Positions 30,871 to 43,575 of a stretch of DNA of 64,000 nucleotides are shown here, one piece after another; positions within the stretch are counted from its first letter, which is position 1; every line of letters begins with the position of its first letter. The stretch lies in assembly GCF_009914755.1 (NCBI RefSeq), contig NC_060925.1; one strand, given 5' to 3'. The DNA comes from the human T2T-CHM13v2.0 reference genome, Homo sapiens. A model generated the notes under the pieces. That model had not been told where the DNA came from, made no database searches, and saw only the letters and a program-made list of their open reading frames with translations. The position numbers and the translations under genes were made by a program.

Positions 30871-33800
30871 ATGAAAGGAGTCATCATCTAATGGAATTGC
30901 ATGGAATCATCATAAAATGGATTCGAATGGAATCAACATCAAATGGAATCAAATGGAATCATTGAACGGAATTGAATGGAATCGTCATCGAATGAATTGA
31001 ATGCAATCATCGAATGGTCTCGAATGGAATCATCTTCAAATGGAATGGAATGGAATCATCGCATAGAATCGAATGGAATTATCATCGAATGGAATCGAAT
31101 GGAATCAACATCAAACGGAAAAAAACGGAATTATCGTATGGAATCGAAGAGAATCATCGAATGGACCCGAATGGAATCATCTAATGGAATGGAATGGAAT
31201 AATCCATGGACTCGAATGCAATCATCATGGAATGGAATCGAATGGAATCATCGAATGGACTCGAATGGAATAATCATTGAAAGGAATCGAATGGAATCAT
31301 CATCGGATGGAAACGAACGGAATCATCATCGAATGGAATCGAATAGAATTATGGAATGAAATCCAGTGTGATCATCATCGAATGGACCCGGATGGAATCA
31401 TCATCCAACGGAAGCTAATGGAATCAACATCGAATGAATCGAATGGAAACACCATCGAATTGAAACGAATGGAATTATCATGAAATTGAAATGGATGGAC
31501 TCATCATCGAATGGATTCGAATGGAATCATCGAATAAAATTGATTGAAATCATCATCAAATGGAATCGAATGGTATCATTGAATGGAATCGAATGGAATC
31601 ATCATCAGATGGAAATGAATGGAATCGTCATAGAATGGAATCGAATGGATTCATTGAATGGAATCAGATGGAATCATCGAATGGACTGGAATGGAATCAT
31701 TGAATGGACTCGAAAGGGATCATTATTGAATGGAATTGAATGGAATCATCGAATGGTCTCGATTGGAATCATTATCAAATGGAATCGAATGGAATCACCG
31801 AATAGAATCGAATGGAACAATCATCGAATGGACTCAAATGGAATTATCCTCAAATGGAATCGAATGGAATTATCGAATGCAATCGAATGGAATTATCGAA
31901 TGCAATCGAATAGAATCATCGAATGGACTCGAATGGAATCATCGAATGGAATGGAATGGAACAGTCAATGAACTCGAATGGAATCATCATTGAATGGAAT
32001 CGAATGGAATCATCGAGTGGAATCGAATGGAAATATGATCAAACGGAATCGAATGTAATCATCATCAAATGGAATCAAAAATAACCATCATCAATTGGTA
32101 TTGAATGGAATTGTCATCAAATGGAATTCAAAGGAATCATCATCAAATGGAACCGAATGGAATCCTCATTGAATGGAAATGAAAGGGGTCATCATCTAAT
32201 GGAATCACATGGAATCATCATCAAATGGAATCGAATGGAATCATCATCAAATGGAATCTGATGGAATCATTGAACAGAATTGAATGGAATCGTCATCGAA
32301 TGAATTGAATGCAATCATCGAATGGTCTCGAATGGAATCGTCTTCTAATGGAAAGGAATGGAATCATCGCATAGAATCGAATGGAATTATCATCGAATGG
32401 AATCGAATGGTATCAACATCAAACGGAAAAAAACGGAATTATCGAATGGAATCGAAGAGAATCTTCGAACGGACCCGAATGGAATCATCTAATGGAATGG
32501 AATGGAATAACCATGGACTGGAAGGCAATCATCATCGAATGGAATCGAATGGAATCATCGAATGGACTCGAATGGAATAATCATTGAACGGAATCGAATG
32601 GAATCATCATCGGATGGAAACGAATGGAATCATCATCGAATGGAAATGAAAGGAGTCATCATCTAATGGAATTGAATGGAATCATCATAAAATGGAATCG
32701 AATGGATTCAACATCAAATGGAATCAAATGGAATCACTGAACGGAATTGAATGCAATCGTCATCGAATGAATTGAATGCAATCATCAAATGGTCTCGAAT
32801 GGAATCATCTTCAAATGGAATGGAATGGAATCATCGCATAGAATCGAATGGAATTATCATCGAATGGAATCGAATGGAATCAACATCAAACGGAAAAAAA
32901 CGGAATTATGGAATGGAATAAAAGAGAATCATCGAACGGACACGAATGGAATCATCTAATGGAATGGAATGGAATAATCCATGGACTCGAATGCAATCAT
33001 CATCGAATGGAATCGAATGGAATCATCGAATGGACTCGAATGGAATAATCATTGAACGGAATCGAATGGAATCATCATCGGATGGAAATGAATGGAATCA
33101 TCATCGAATGGAATCGAATAGAATTATGGAATGAAATCCAGTGTGATCATCATCGAATGGACCCGAATGGAATCATCATCCAACGGAAGCTAATGGAATC
33201 AACATCGAATGAATCGAATGGAAACACCATCGAATTGAAACGAATGGAATTATCATGAAATTGAAATGGATGGACTCATCATCGAATGGATTCGAATGGA
33301 ATCATCGAATAAAATTGATTGAAATCATCATCAAATGGAATCGAATGGTATCATTGAATGGAATCGAATGGAATCATCTTCAGATGGAAATGAATGGAAT
33401 CGTCATAGAATGGAATCGAATGGATTCATTGAATGGAATCAGATGGAATCATCGAATGGACTGGAATGGAATCATTGAATGGACTCGAAAGGGATCATTA
33501 TTGAATGGAATTGAATGGAATCATCGAATGGTCTCGATTGGAATCATTATCAAATGGAATCGAATGGAATCACCGAATAGAATCGAATGGAACAATCATC
33601 GAATGGACTCAAATGGAATTATCCTCCAATGGAATCGAATGGAATTATCGAATGCAATCGAATGGAATTATCGAATGCAATCGAATAGAATCATCGAATG
33701 GACTCGAATGGAATCATCGAATGGAATGGAATGGAACAGTCAATGAACTCGAATGGAATCATCATTGAATGGAAACGAATGGAATCATCGAGTGGAATCG

Positions 33801-36800
33801 AATGGAATTATGATCAAATGGAATCCAATGTAATCATCATCAAATGGAATCAAAAATAACCATCATCAATTGGTATTGAATGGAATTGTCATCAAATGGA
33901 ATTGAAAGGAATCATCATCAAATGGAACCGAATGGAATCCTCATTGAATGGAAATGAAAGGGGTCATCATCTAATGGAATCGCATGGAATCATCATTAAA
34001 TGGAATCGAATGGAATCATCATAAAATGGAATCTAATGGAATCATTGAAAAGAATTGAATGGAATCGTCATCGAATGAATTGAATGCAATCATCGAATGG
34101 TCTCGAATGGAATCATCTTCTAATGGAAAGGAATGGAATCATCGCATAGAATCGAATGGAATTATCATCGAATGGAATCGAATGGTATCAACACCAAACG
34201 GAAAAAAACGGAATTATGGAATGGAATCGAAGAGAATCTTCGAACGGACCCGAATGGAATCATTTATTGGAATGGAATGGAATAATCCATGGACTCGAAT
34301 GCAATCATCATCGAATGGAATCGAATGGAATCATCGAATGGACTCGAATGGAATAATCATTGAACGGAATCGAATGGAATCATCATCGGATGGAAACGAA
34401 TGGAATCATCATCGAATGGAAATGAAACGAGTCATCATCTAATGGAATTGCATGGAATCATCATAAAATGGAATCGAATGGAATCAACATCAAATGGAAT
34501 CAAATGGAATCATTGAACGGAATTGAATGGAATCGTCATCGAATGAATTGAATGCAATCATCGAATGGTCTCGAATGGAATCATCTTGAAATGGAATGGA
34601 ATGGAATCATCGCATAGAATCGAATGGAATTATCATCGAATGGAATCGAATGGAATCAACATCAAACGGAAAAAAACGGAATTATCGTATGGAATCGAAA
34701 AGAATCATCGAATGGACCCGAATGGAATCATCTAATGGAATGGAATGGAATAATCCATGGACTCGAATGCAATCATCATCGAATGGAATCGAATGGAATC
34801 ATCGAATGGACTCGAATGGAATAATCATTGAACGGAATCGAATGGAATCATCATCGGATGGAAATGAATGGAATCATCATCGAATGGAATCGGATAGAAT
34901 TATGGAATGAAATCCAGTGTGATCATCATCGAATGGACCCGAATGGAATCATCATCCAACGGAAGCTAATGGAATCAACATCGAATGAATCGAATGGAAA
35001 CACCATCGAATTGAAACGAATGGAATTATCATGAAATTGAAATGGATGGACTCATCATCGAATGGATTCGAATGGAATCATCGAATAAAATTGATTGAAA
35101 TCATCATAGAATGTAATCGAATGGTATCATTGAATGGAATCGTATGGAATCATCATCAGATGGAAATTAATGGAATCGTCATAGAATGGAATCGAATGGA
35201 TTCATTGAATGGAATCAGATGGAATCATCGAATGGACTGGAATGGAATCATTGAATGGACTCGAAAGGGATCATGATTGAATGGAATTGAATGGAATCAT
35301 CGAATGGTCTCGATTGGAATCATTATCAAATGGAAACGAATGGAATCACCGAATAGAATCGAATGGAACAATCATCGAATGGACTCAAATGGAATTATCC
35401 TCAAATGGAATGGAATGGAATTATCGAATGCAATCGAATGGAATTATCGAATGCAATCGAATAGAATCATCGAATGGACTCGAATGGAATCATCGAATGG
35501 AATGGAATGGAACAGTCAATGAACTCGAATGGAATCATCATTGAATGGAATCGAATGGAATCATCGAGTGGAATCGAATGGAATTATGATCAAATGGAAT
35601 CGAATGTAATCATCATCAAATGGAATCAAAAATAACCATCATCAATTGGTATTCAATGGAATTGTCATCAAATGGAATTCAAAGGAATCATCATCAAATG
35701 GAACCGAATGGAATCCTCATTGAATGGAAATGAAAGGGGTCATCATCTAATGGAATCGCATGGAATCATCATCAAATGGAATCGAATGGAATCATCATCA
35801 AATGGAATCTGATGGAATCATTGAACAGAATTGAATGGAATCGTCATCGAATGAATTGAATGCAATCATCGAATGGTCTCGAATGGAATCGTCTTCTAAT
35901 GGAAAGGAATGGAATCATCGCATAGAATCGAATGGAATTATCATCGAATGGAATCGAATGGTATCAACATCAAACGGAAAAAAACGGAATTATCGAATGG
36001 AATCGAAGAGAATCTTCGAACGGACCCGAATGGAATCATCTAATGGAATGGAATGGAATAATCCATGGACTCGAATGCAATCATCATCGAATGGAATCGA
36101 ATGGAATCATCGAATGGACTCGAATGGAATAATCATTGAACGGAATCGAATGGAATCATCATCGGATGGAAACGAATGGAATCATCATCGAATGGAAATG
36201 AAAGGAGTCATCATCTAATGGAATTGCATGGAATCATCATAAAATGGATTCGAATGGAATCAACATCAAATGGAATCAAATGGAATCATTGAACGGAATT
36301 GAATGGAATCGTCATCGAATGAATTGAATGCAATCATCGAATGGTCTCGAATGGAATCATCTTCAAATGGAATGGAATGGAATCATCGCATAGAATCGAA
36401 TGGAATTATCATCGAATGGAATCGAATGGAATCAACATCAAACGGAAAAAAACGGAATTATCGTATGGAATCGAAGAGAATCATCGAATGGACCCGAATG
36501 GAATCATCTAATGGAATGGAATGGAATAATCCATGGACTCGAATGCAATCATCATCGAATGGAATCGAATGGAATCATCGAATGGACTCGAATGGAATAA
36601 TCATTGAACGGAATCGAATGGAATCATCATCGGATGGAAACGAACGGAATCATCATCGAATGGAATCGAATAGAATTATGGAATGAAATCCAGTGTGATC
36701 ATCATCGAATGGACCCGAATAGAATCATCATCCAACGGAAGCTAATGGAATCAACATCGAATGAATCAAATGGAAACACCATCGAATTGAAACGAATGGA

Positions 36801-39800
36801 ATTATCATGAAATTGAAATGGATGGACTCATCATCGAATGGATTCGAATGGAATCATCGAATAAAATTGATTGAAATCATCATCGAATGGAATCGAATGG
36901 TATCATTGAATGGAATCGAATGGAATCATCATCAGATGGAAATGAATGGAATCGTCATAGAATGGAATCGAATGGATTCATTGAATGGAATCAGATGGAA
37001 TCATCGAATGGACTGGAATGGAATCATTGAATGGACTCAAAAGGGATCATGATTGAATGGAATTGAATGGAATCATCGAATGGTCTCGATTGGAATCATT
37101 ATCAAATGGAATCGAATGGAATCACCGAATAGAATCGAATGGAACAATCATCGAATGGACTCAAATGGAATTATCCTCAAATGGAATCGAATGGAATTAT
37201 CGAATGCAATCGAATGGAATTATCGAATGCAATCGAATACAATCATCGAATGGACTCGAATGGAATCATCGAATGGAATGGAATGGAACAGTCAATGAAC
37301 TCGAATGGAATCATCATTGAATGGAATCGAATGGAATCATCGAGTGGAATCGAATGGAAATATGATCAAATGGAATCGAATGTAATCATCATCAAATGGA
37401 ATCAAAAATAACCATCATCAATTGGTATTGAATGGAATTGTCATCAAATGGAATTCAAAGGAATCATCATCAAATGGAACCGAATGGAATCCTCATTGAA
37501 TGGAAATGAAAGGGGTCATCATCTAATGGAATCACATGGAATCATCATCAAATGGAATCGAATGGAATCATCATCAAATGGAATCTGATGGAATCATTGA
37601 ACAGAATTGAATGGAATCGTCATCGAATGAATTGAATGCAATCATCGAATGGTCTCGAATGGAATCGTCTTCTAATGGAAAGGAATGGAATCATCGCATA
37701 GAATCGAATGGAATTATCATCGAATGGAATCGAATGGTATCAACATCAAACGGAAAAAAACGGAATTATCGAATGGAATCGAAGAGAATCTTCGAACGGA
37801 CCCGAATGGAATCATCTAATGGAATGGAATGGAATAACCATGGACTGGAAGGCAATCATCATCAAATGGAATCGAATGGAATCATCGAATGGACTCGAAT
37901 GGAATAATCATTGAACGGAATCGAATGGAATCATCATCGGATGGAAACGAATGGAATCATCATCGAATGGAAATGAAAGGAGTCATCATCTAATGGAATT
38001 GAATGGAATCATCATAAAATGGAATCGAATGGATTCAACATCAAATGGAATCAAATGGAATCATTGAACGGAATTGAATGCAATCGTCATCGAATGAATT
38101 GAATGCAATCATCAAATGGTCTCGAATGGAATCATCTTCAAATGGAATGGAATGGAATCATCGCATAGAATCGAATGGAATTATCATCGAATGGAATCGA
38201 ATGGAATCAACATCAAACGGAAAAAAACGGAATTATGGAATGGAATAAAAGAGAATCATCGAACGGACACGAATGGAATCATCTAATGGAATGGAATGGA
38301 ATAATCCATGGACTCGAATGCAATCATCATCGAATGGAATCGAATGGAATCATCGAATGGACTCGAATGGAATAATCATTGAACGGAATCGAATGGAATC
38401 ATCATCGGATGGAAATGAATGGAATCATCATCGAATGGAATCGAATAGAATTATGGAATGAAATCCAGTGTGATCATCATCGAATGGACCCGAATGGAAT
38501 CATCATCCAACGGAAGCTAATGGAATCAACATCGAATGAATCGAATGGAAACACCATCGAATTGAAACGAATGGAATTATCATGAAATAGAAATGGATGG
38601 ACTCATCATCGAATGGATTCGAATGGAATCATCGAATAAAATTGATTGAAATCATCATCAAATGGAATCGAATGGTATCATTGAATGGAATCGAATGGAA
38701 TCATCTTCAGATGGAAATGAATGGAATCGTCATAGAATGGAATCGAATGGATTCATTGAATGGAATCAGATGGAATCATCGAATGGACTGGAATGGAATC
38801 ATTGAATGGACTCGAAAGGGATCATGATTGAATGGAATTGAATGGAATCATCGAATGGTCTCGATTGGAATCATTATCAAATGGAATCGAATGGAATCAC
38901 CGAATAGAATCGAATGGAACAATCATCGAATGGACTCAAATGGAATTATCCTCCAATGGAATCGAATGGAATTATCGAATGCAATCGAATGGAATTATCG
39001 AATGCAATCGAATAGAATCATCGAATGGACTCGAATGGAATCATCGAATGGAATGGAATGGAACAGTCAATGAACTCGAATGGAATCATCATTGAATGGA
39101 ATGGAATGGAATCATCGAGTGGAATCGAATGGAATTATGATCAAATGGAATCCAATGTAATCATCATCAAATGGAATCAAAAATAACCATCATCAATTGG
39201 TATTGAATGGAATTGTCATCAAATGGAATTGAAAGGAATCATCATCAAATGGAACCGAATGGAATCCTCATTGAATGGAAATGAAAGGGGTCATCATCTA
39301 ATGGAATCGCATGGAATCATCATTAAATGGAATCGAATGGAATCATCATAAAATGGAATCTAATGGAATCATTGAAAAGAATTGAATGGAATCGTCATCG
39401 AATGAATTGAATGCAATCATCGAATGGTCTCGAATGGAATCATCTTCTAATGGAAAGGAATGGAATCATCGCATAGAATCGAATGGAATTATCATCGAAT
39501 GGAATCGAATGGTATCAACACCAAACGGAAAAAAACGGAATTATGGAATGGAATCGAAGAGAATCTTCGAACGGACCCGAATGGAATCATTTAATGGAAT
39601 GGAATGGAATAATCCATGGACTCGAATGCAATCATCATCGAATGGAATCGAATGGAATCATCGAATGGACTCGAATGGAATAATCATTGAACGGAATCGA
39701 ATGGAATCATCATCGGATGGAAACGAATGGAATCATCATCGAATGGAAATGAAACGAGTCATCATCTAATGGAATTGCATGGAATCATCATAAAATGGAA

Positions 39801-40900
39801 TCGAATGGAATCAACATCAAATGGAATCAAATGGAATCATTGAACGGAATTGAATGGAATCGTCATCGAATGAATTGAATGCAATCATCGAATGGTCTCG
39901 AATGGAATCATCTTCAAATGGAATGGAATGGAATCATCGCATAGAATCGAATGGAATTATCATCGAATGGAATCGAATGGAATCAACATCAAACGGAAAA
40001 AAACGGAATTATCGTATGGAATCGAAGAGAATCATCGAATGGACCCGAATGGAATCATCTAATGGAATGGAATGGAATAATCCATGGACTCGAATGCAAT
40101 CATCATCGAATGGAATCGAATGGAATAATCGAATGGACTCGAATGGAATAATCATTGAACGGAATCGAATGGAATCATCATCGGATGGAAATGAATGGAA
40201 TCATCATCGAATGGAATCGGATAGAATTATGGAATGAAATCCAGTGTGATCATCATCGAATGGACCCGAATGGAATCATCATCCAACGGAAGCTAATGGA
40301 ATCAACATCGAATGACTCGAATGGAAACACCATCGAATTGAAACGAATGGAATTATCATGAAATTGAAATGGATGGACTCATCATCGAATGGATTCGAAT
40401 GGAATCATCGAATAAAATTGATTGAAATCATCATAGAATGTAATCGAATGGTATCATTGAATGGAATCGAATGGAATCATCATCAGATGGAAATGAATGG
40501 AATCGTCATAGAATGGAATCGAATGGATTCATTGAATGGAATCAGATGGAATCATCGAATGGACTGGAATGGAATCATTGAATGGACTCGAAAGGGATCA
40601 TGATTGAATGGAATTGAATGGAATCATCGAATGGTCTCGATTGGAATCATTATCAAATGGAAACGAATGGAATCACCGAATAGAATCGAATGGAACAATC
40701 ATCGAATGGACTCAAATGGAATTATCCTCAAATGGAATGGAATGGAATTATCGAATGCAATCGAATGGAATTATCGAATGCAATCGAATAGAATCATCGA
40801 ATGGACTCGAAAGGAATCATTGAATGGAATGGAATGGAACAGTCAATGAACTCGAATGGAATCATCATTGAATGGAATCGAATGGAATCATCGAGTGGAA
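30300..40900 (+). repeat. Two-copy 3-unit higher-order repeat with a 5327-bp period
   Basis: ORF starts pair at a 5327 offset: 30508/35835, 30976/36303, 32284/37611, 34059/39386 and 35031/40358. Shared rare variants are GAATCCAATGTAATC (~33821/39148), GGAATTGAAAGG with EcoRI loss (~33898/39225), CATCATTAAATGG and CATCATAGAATGTAATC. Confidence 0.82.
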
Positions 40901-41049
40901 TCGAATGGAATTATGATCAAATGGAATCGAATGTAATCATCATCAAATGGAATCAAAAATAACCATCCTCAATTGGTATTGAATGGAATTGTCATCAAAT
41001 GGAATTCAAAGGAATCATCATCAAACGGAACCGAATGGAATCCTCATTG

Positions 41050-41985
41050 AATGGAAATGAAAGGGGTCATCATCTAATGGAATCGCATGGAATCATCATC
41101 AAATGGAATCGAATGGAATCATCATCAAATGGAATCTAATGGAATCATTGAACAGAATTGAATGGAATCGTCATCGAATGAATTGAATGCAATCATCGAA
41201 TGGTCTCGAATGGAATCATCTTCTAATGGAAAGGAATGGAATCATCGCATAGAATCGAATGGAATTATCATCGAATGGAATCGAATGGTATCAACACCAA
41301 ACGGAAAAAAACGGAATTATCGAATGGAATCGAAGAGAATCTTCGAACGGACCCGAATGGAATCATCTAATGGAATGGAATGGAATAATCCATGGACTGG
41401 AAGGCAATCATCATCGAATGGAATCGAATGGAATCATCGAATGGACTCGAATGGAATAATCATTGAACGGAATCGAATGGAATCATCATCGGATGGAAAC
41501 GAATGGAATCATGATCGAATGGAAATGAAAGGAGTCATCATCTAATGGAATTGTATGGAATCATCATAAAATGGAATCGAATGGAATCAACATCAAATGG
41601 AATCAAATGAAATCATTGAACGGAATTGAATGGAATCGTCATCGAATGAATTGACTGCTATCATCGAATGGTCTCGAATGGAATCATCTTCAAATGGAAT
41701 GGAATGGAATCATCGCATAGAATCGAATGGAATTATCATCGAATGGAATCGAATGGAATCAACATCAAACGGAAAAAAACAGAATTATCGTATGGAATCG
41801 AAGATAATCATCGAATGGACCCGAATGGAATCATCTAATGGAATGGAATGGAATAATCCATGGACTCGAATGCAATCATCATCGAATGGAATCGAATGGA
41901 ATCATCGAATGGACTCGAATGGAATAACCATTGAACGGAATCGAATGGAATCATCATCGGATGGAAATGAATGGAATCATCATCG
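41050..41985 (+). repeat. Internal 468-bp direct duplication (A/B modules) within the 1776-bp unit
   Basis: GGAAATGAAAGG(G/A)GTCATCATCTAATGG, CATCGCATAGAATC, AAACGGAAAAAAAC and GGAATAATCCATGG each occur twice per unit, 468 bp apart. Boundaries are approximate. Confidence 0.9.
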
Positions 41986-42937
41986 AATGGAATCGAATAG
42001 AATTATGGAATGAAATCCAGTGTGATCATCATCGAATGGACCCGAATGGAATCATCATCCAACGGAAGCTAATGGAATCAACATCGAATGAATCGAACCG
42101 AAACACCATCGAATTGAAACGAATGGAATTATCATGAAATTGAAATGGATGGACTCATCATCGAATGGATTCGAATGGAATCATCGAATAAAATTGATTG
42201 AAATCATCATCAAATGGAATCGAATGGTATCATTGAATGGAATCGAATGGAATCATCATCAGATGGAAATGAATGGAATCGTCATAGAATGGAATCGAAT
42301 GGATTCATTGAATGGAATCAGATGGAATCATCGAATGGACTGGAATGGAATCATTGAATGGACTCGAAAGGGATCATTATTGAATGAAATTGAATGGAAT
42401 CATCGAATGGTCTCGATTGGAATCATTACCAAAAGGTATCGAATGGAATCACCGAATAGAATCGAATGGAACAATCATCGAATGGACTCAAATGGAATTA
42501 TCCTCAAATGGAATCGAATGGAATTATCGAATGCAATCGAATGGAATTATCGAATGCAATCGAATAGAATCATCGAAAGGACTCGAATGGAATCATCGAA
42601 TGGAATGGAATGGAACAGTCAATGAACTCGAATGGAATCATCATTGAATGGAATCGAATGGAATCATCGAGTGGAATCGAATGGAATTATGATCAAATGG
42701 AATCGAATGTAATCATCATCAAATGGAATCAAAAATAACCATCATCAATTGGTATGGAATGGAATTGTCATCAAATGGAATTCAAAGGAATCATCATCAA
42801 ATGGAACCGAATGGAATCCTCATTGAATGGAAATGAAAGGGGTCATCATCTAATGGAATCGCATGGAATCATCATCAAATGGAATCGAATGGAATCATCA
42901 TCAAATGGAATCTAATGGAATCATTGAAAAGAATTGA
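41162..42937 (+). repeat. Representative canonical 1776-bp repeat unit (A subunit, B subunit, unique C segment)
   Basis: Equivalent positions ATGGAATCGTCATCGAATGAATTGA lie at 41162 (A type, TCTTCTAATGGAAAGG), 41630 (B type, TCTTCAAATGGAATGG; +468) and 42938 (next A; +1308). The C segment carries once-per-unit motifs CCAGTGTGATC, CAACGGAAGCT, CGAAAGGGATC, GGAACAGTC, CAAAAATAACC and GGAATTCAAAGG (EcoRI). Confidence 0.92.
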
Positions 42938-43477
42938 ATGGAATCGTCATCGAATGAATTGAATGCAATCATCGAATGGTCTCGAATGGAATCATCTTCT
43001 AATGGAAAGGAATGGAATCATCGCATAGAATCGAATGGAATTATCATCGAATGGAATCGAATGGTATCAACACCAAACGGAAAAAAACGGAATTATCGAA
43101 TGGAATCGAAGAGAATCTTCGAACGGACCCGAATGGAATCATCTAATGGAATGGAATGGAATAATCCATGGACTCGAATGCAATCATCATCGAATGGAAT
43201 CGAATGGAATCATCGAATGGACTCGAATGGAATAATCATTGAACGGAATCAAATGGAATCATCATTGGATGGAAACGAATGGAATCATCATCGAATGGAA
43301 ATGAAAGGAGTCATCATCTAATGGAATTGCATGGAATCATCATAAAATGGAATCGAATGGAATCAACATCAAATGGAATCAAATGGAATCATTGAACGGA
43401 ATTGAATGGAATCGTCATCGAATGAATTGACTGCAATCATCGAATGGTCTCGAATGGAATCATCTTCAAATGGAATG

Positions 43478-43575
43478 GAATGGAATCATCGCATAGAATC
43501 GAATGGAATTATCATCGAATGGAATCGAATGGAATCATCGCATAGAATCGAATGGAATTATCATCGAATGGAATC
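43478..43575 (+). repeat. Perfect 49-bp tandem duplication
   Basis: GAATGGAATCATCGCATAGAATCGAATGGAATTATCATCGAATGGAATC occurs at 43478 and again at 43527. The unit spacing here is 1825 = 1776+49. Confidence 0.93.
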
